DNA of 64,000 bases from positions 11,494 to 75,493 of the forward strand of contig CAVOUE010000011.1 of assembly GCA_963699545.1 (NCBI GenBank), in the 5' to 3' direction. Below are positions 63,420 through 64,000 of this stretch, piece by piece (position 1 is the first letter of the stretch; every line of letters starts with the position of its first letter). A program made the translations under genes and the position numbers. Source of the DNA: Nitrospirota bacterium. Lineage in GTDB: Bacteria > Nitrospirota > Thermodesulfovibrionia > Thermodesulfovibrionales > UBA9159. Below the pieces are notes generated by a model. It ran no database searches. It was not told the origin of the DNA and saw nothing but the letters and a program-made list of their open reading frames with translations.

Positions 63420-64000
63420 ATGACGGAGTTGTTGCACATGGGCGGACAGTTCCCCTATCTTGGGCTTTTCATGGCCCTCATCTTAGGGAGTGTAGGATTC
63501 CCTTTTCCAGAGGATGCGATCCTCATGTGGTGCGGGTTTCTTATCTCCAGAAATACGGTCGAGCCCTTGCCGGCGCTGCTGGTGGTCTATGCCGGGGTTG
63601 TGACAAGCGATTTCATAATCTTTTCAATCGGCAGGAGATATGGCCGATCGATTTTAAGTCACAGAAGACTGCACCGTGTACTCTCGCCCGAAACTCTCGC
63701 CGTCGTTGAGATCAAATTCAAAAAGCACGGGATGCTTCTTGTTTTGCTGGGCAGACAGATCTTCTGGGTCAGGGCCAAGATATTCCTTGTTGCAGGAATA
63801 ATGAGGATGCCTGCCCGTACGTTCCTGATAGTTGATGCTATTTCCGCCATATTTTCCGTTGCAATAATGGTTGCAGTAGGAAACATCGGAACAGGATGGC
63901 TCTCCTCTCTTAAGAGTTTCGGCGTGCAGCGATGGTATGTCATCGCATCGGCCGTGGCCGTCCCTGCGCTTGTCTTCGTTCTTTTCCGGCATCTGAACGC
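63420..64000 (+). CDS. DedA-family membrane protein (runs off the window)
   Basis: Manual translation GFPFPEDAIL..G..SDFIIFSIGRRYG..LLGRQI..R..FLVAGIMRM..F...D. Confidence 0.85.
   Translation, partial: MTELLHMGGQFPYLGLFMALILGSVGFPFPEDAILMWCGFLISRNTVEPLPALLVVYAGVVTSDFIIFSIGRRYGRSILSHRRLHRVLSPETLAVVEIKFKKHGMLLVLLGRQIFWVRAKIFLVAGIMRMPARTFLIVDAISAIFSVAIMVAVGNIGTGWLSSLKSFGVQRWYVIASAVAVPALVFVLFRHLN

Overview
Bacterial chromosomal window, most consistent with a Nitrospirota (Thermodesulfovibrionia-like) or deltaproteobacterial genome (inferred from gene content and order only). 1-54 kb is mostly housekeeping: str/S10 ribosomal genes, cysK, an AhpF-like thioredoxin reductase, a Zur-znuACB locus, a porin, lptFG, pit, rpsU-yqeY-nif3-dnaG-rpoD-tRNA, leuS-lptE-holA, birA/coaX/galT, uvrB and pstSCAB-phoU. 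Many essential genes are split by single-base indels, best explained as long-read assembly errors. Main finding: at 55-64 kb, beside pstS, an island of small genes in which eight promoters carry Pho-box-like 11-bp-period TGTAAC repeats. It encodes five paralogous micro-proteins with a C-x(7-11)-C-x17-C-x7-C motif (one copy has shorter spacing), two HMA2-like proteins, an InsA-like double zinc ribbon, a CBS-domain histidine kinase, a cytochrome P460-fold protein lacking the cross-link Lys, and several unannotated sORFs. Also seen: a lone integron cassette with a clear attC, a REP doublet translated in frame inside leuS, and a nested palindromic element upstream of leuS.
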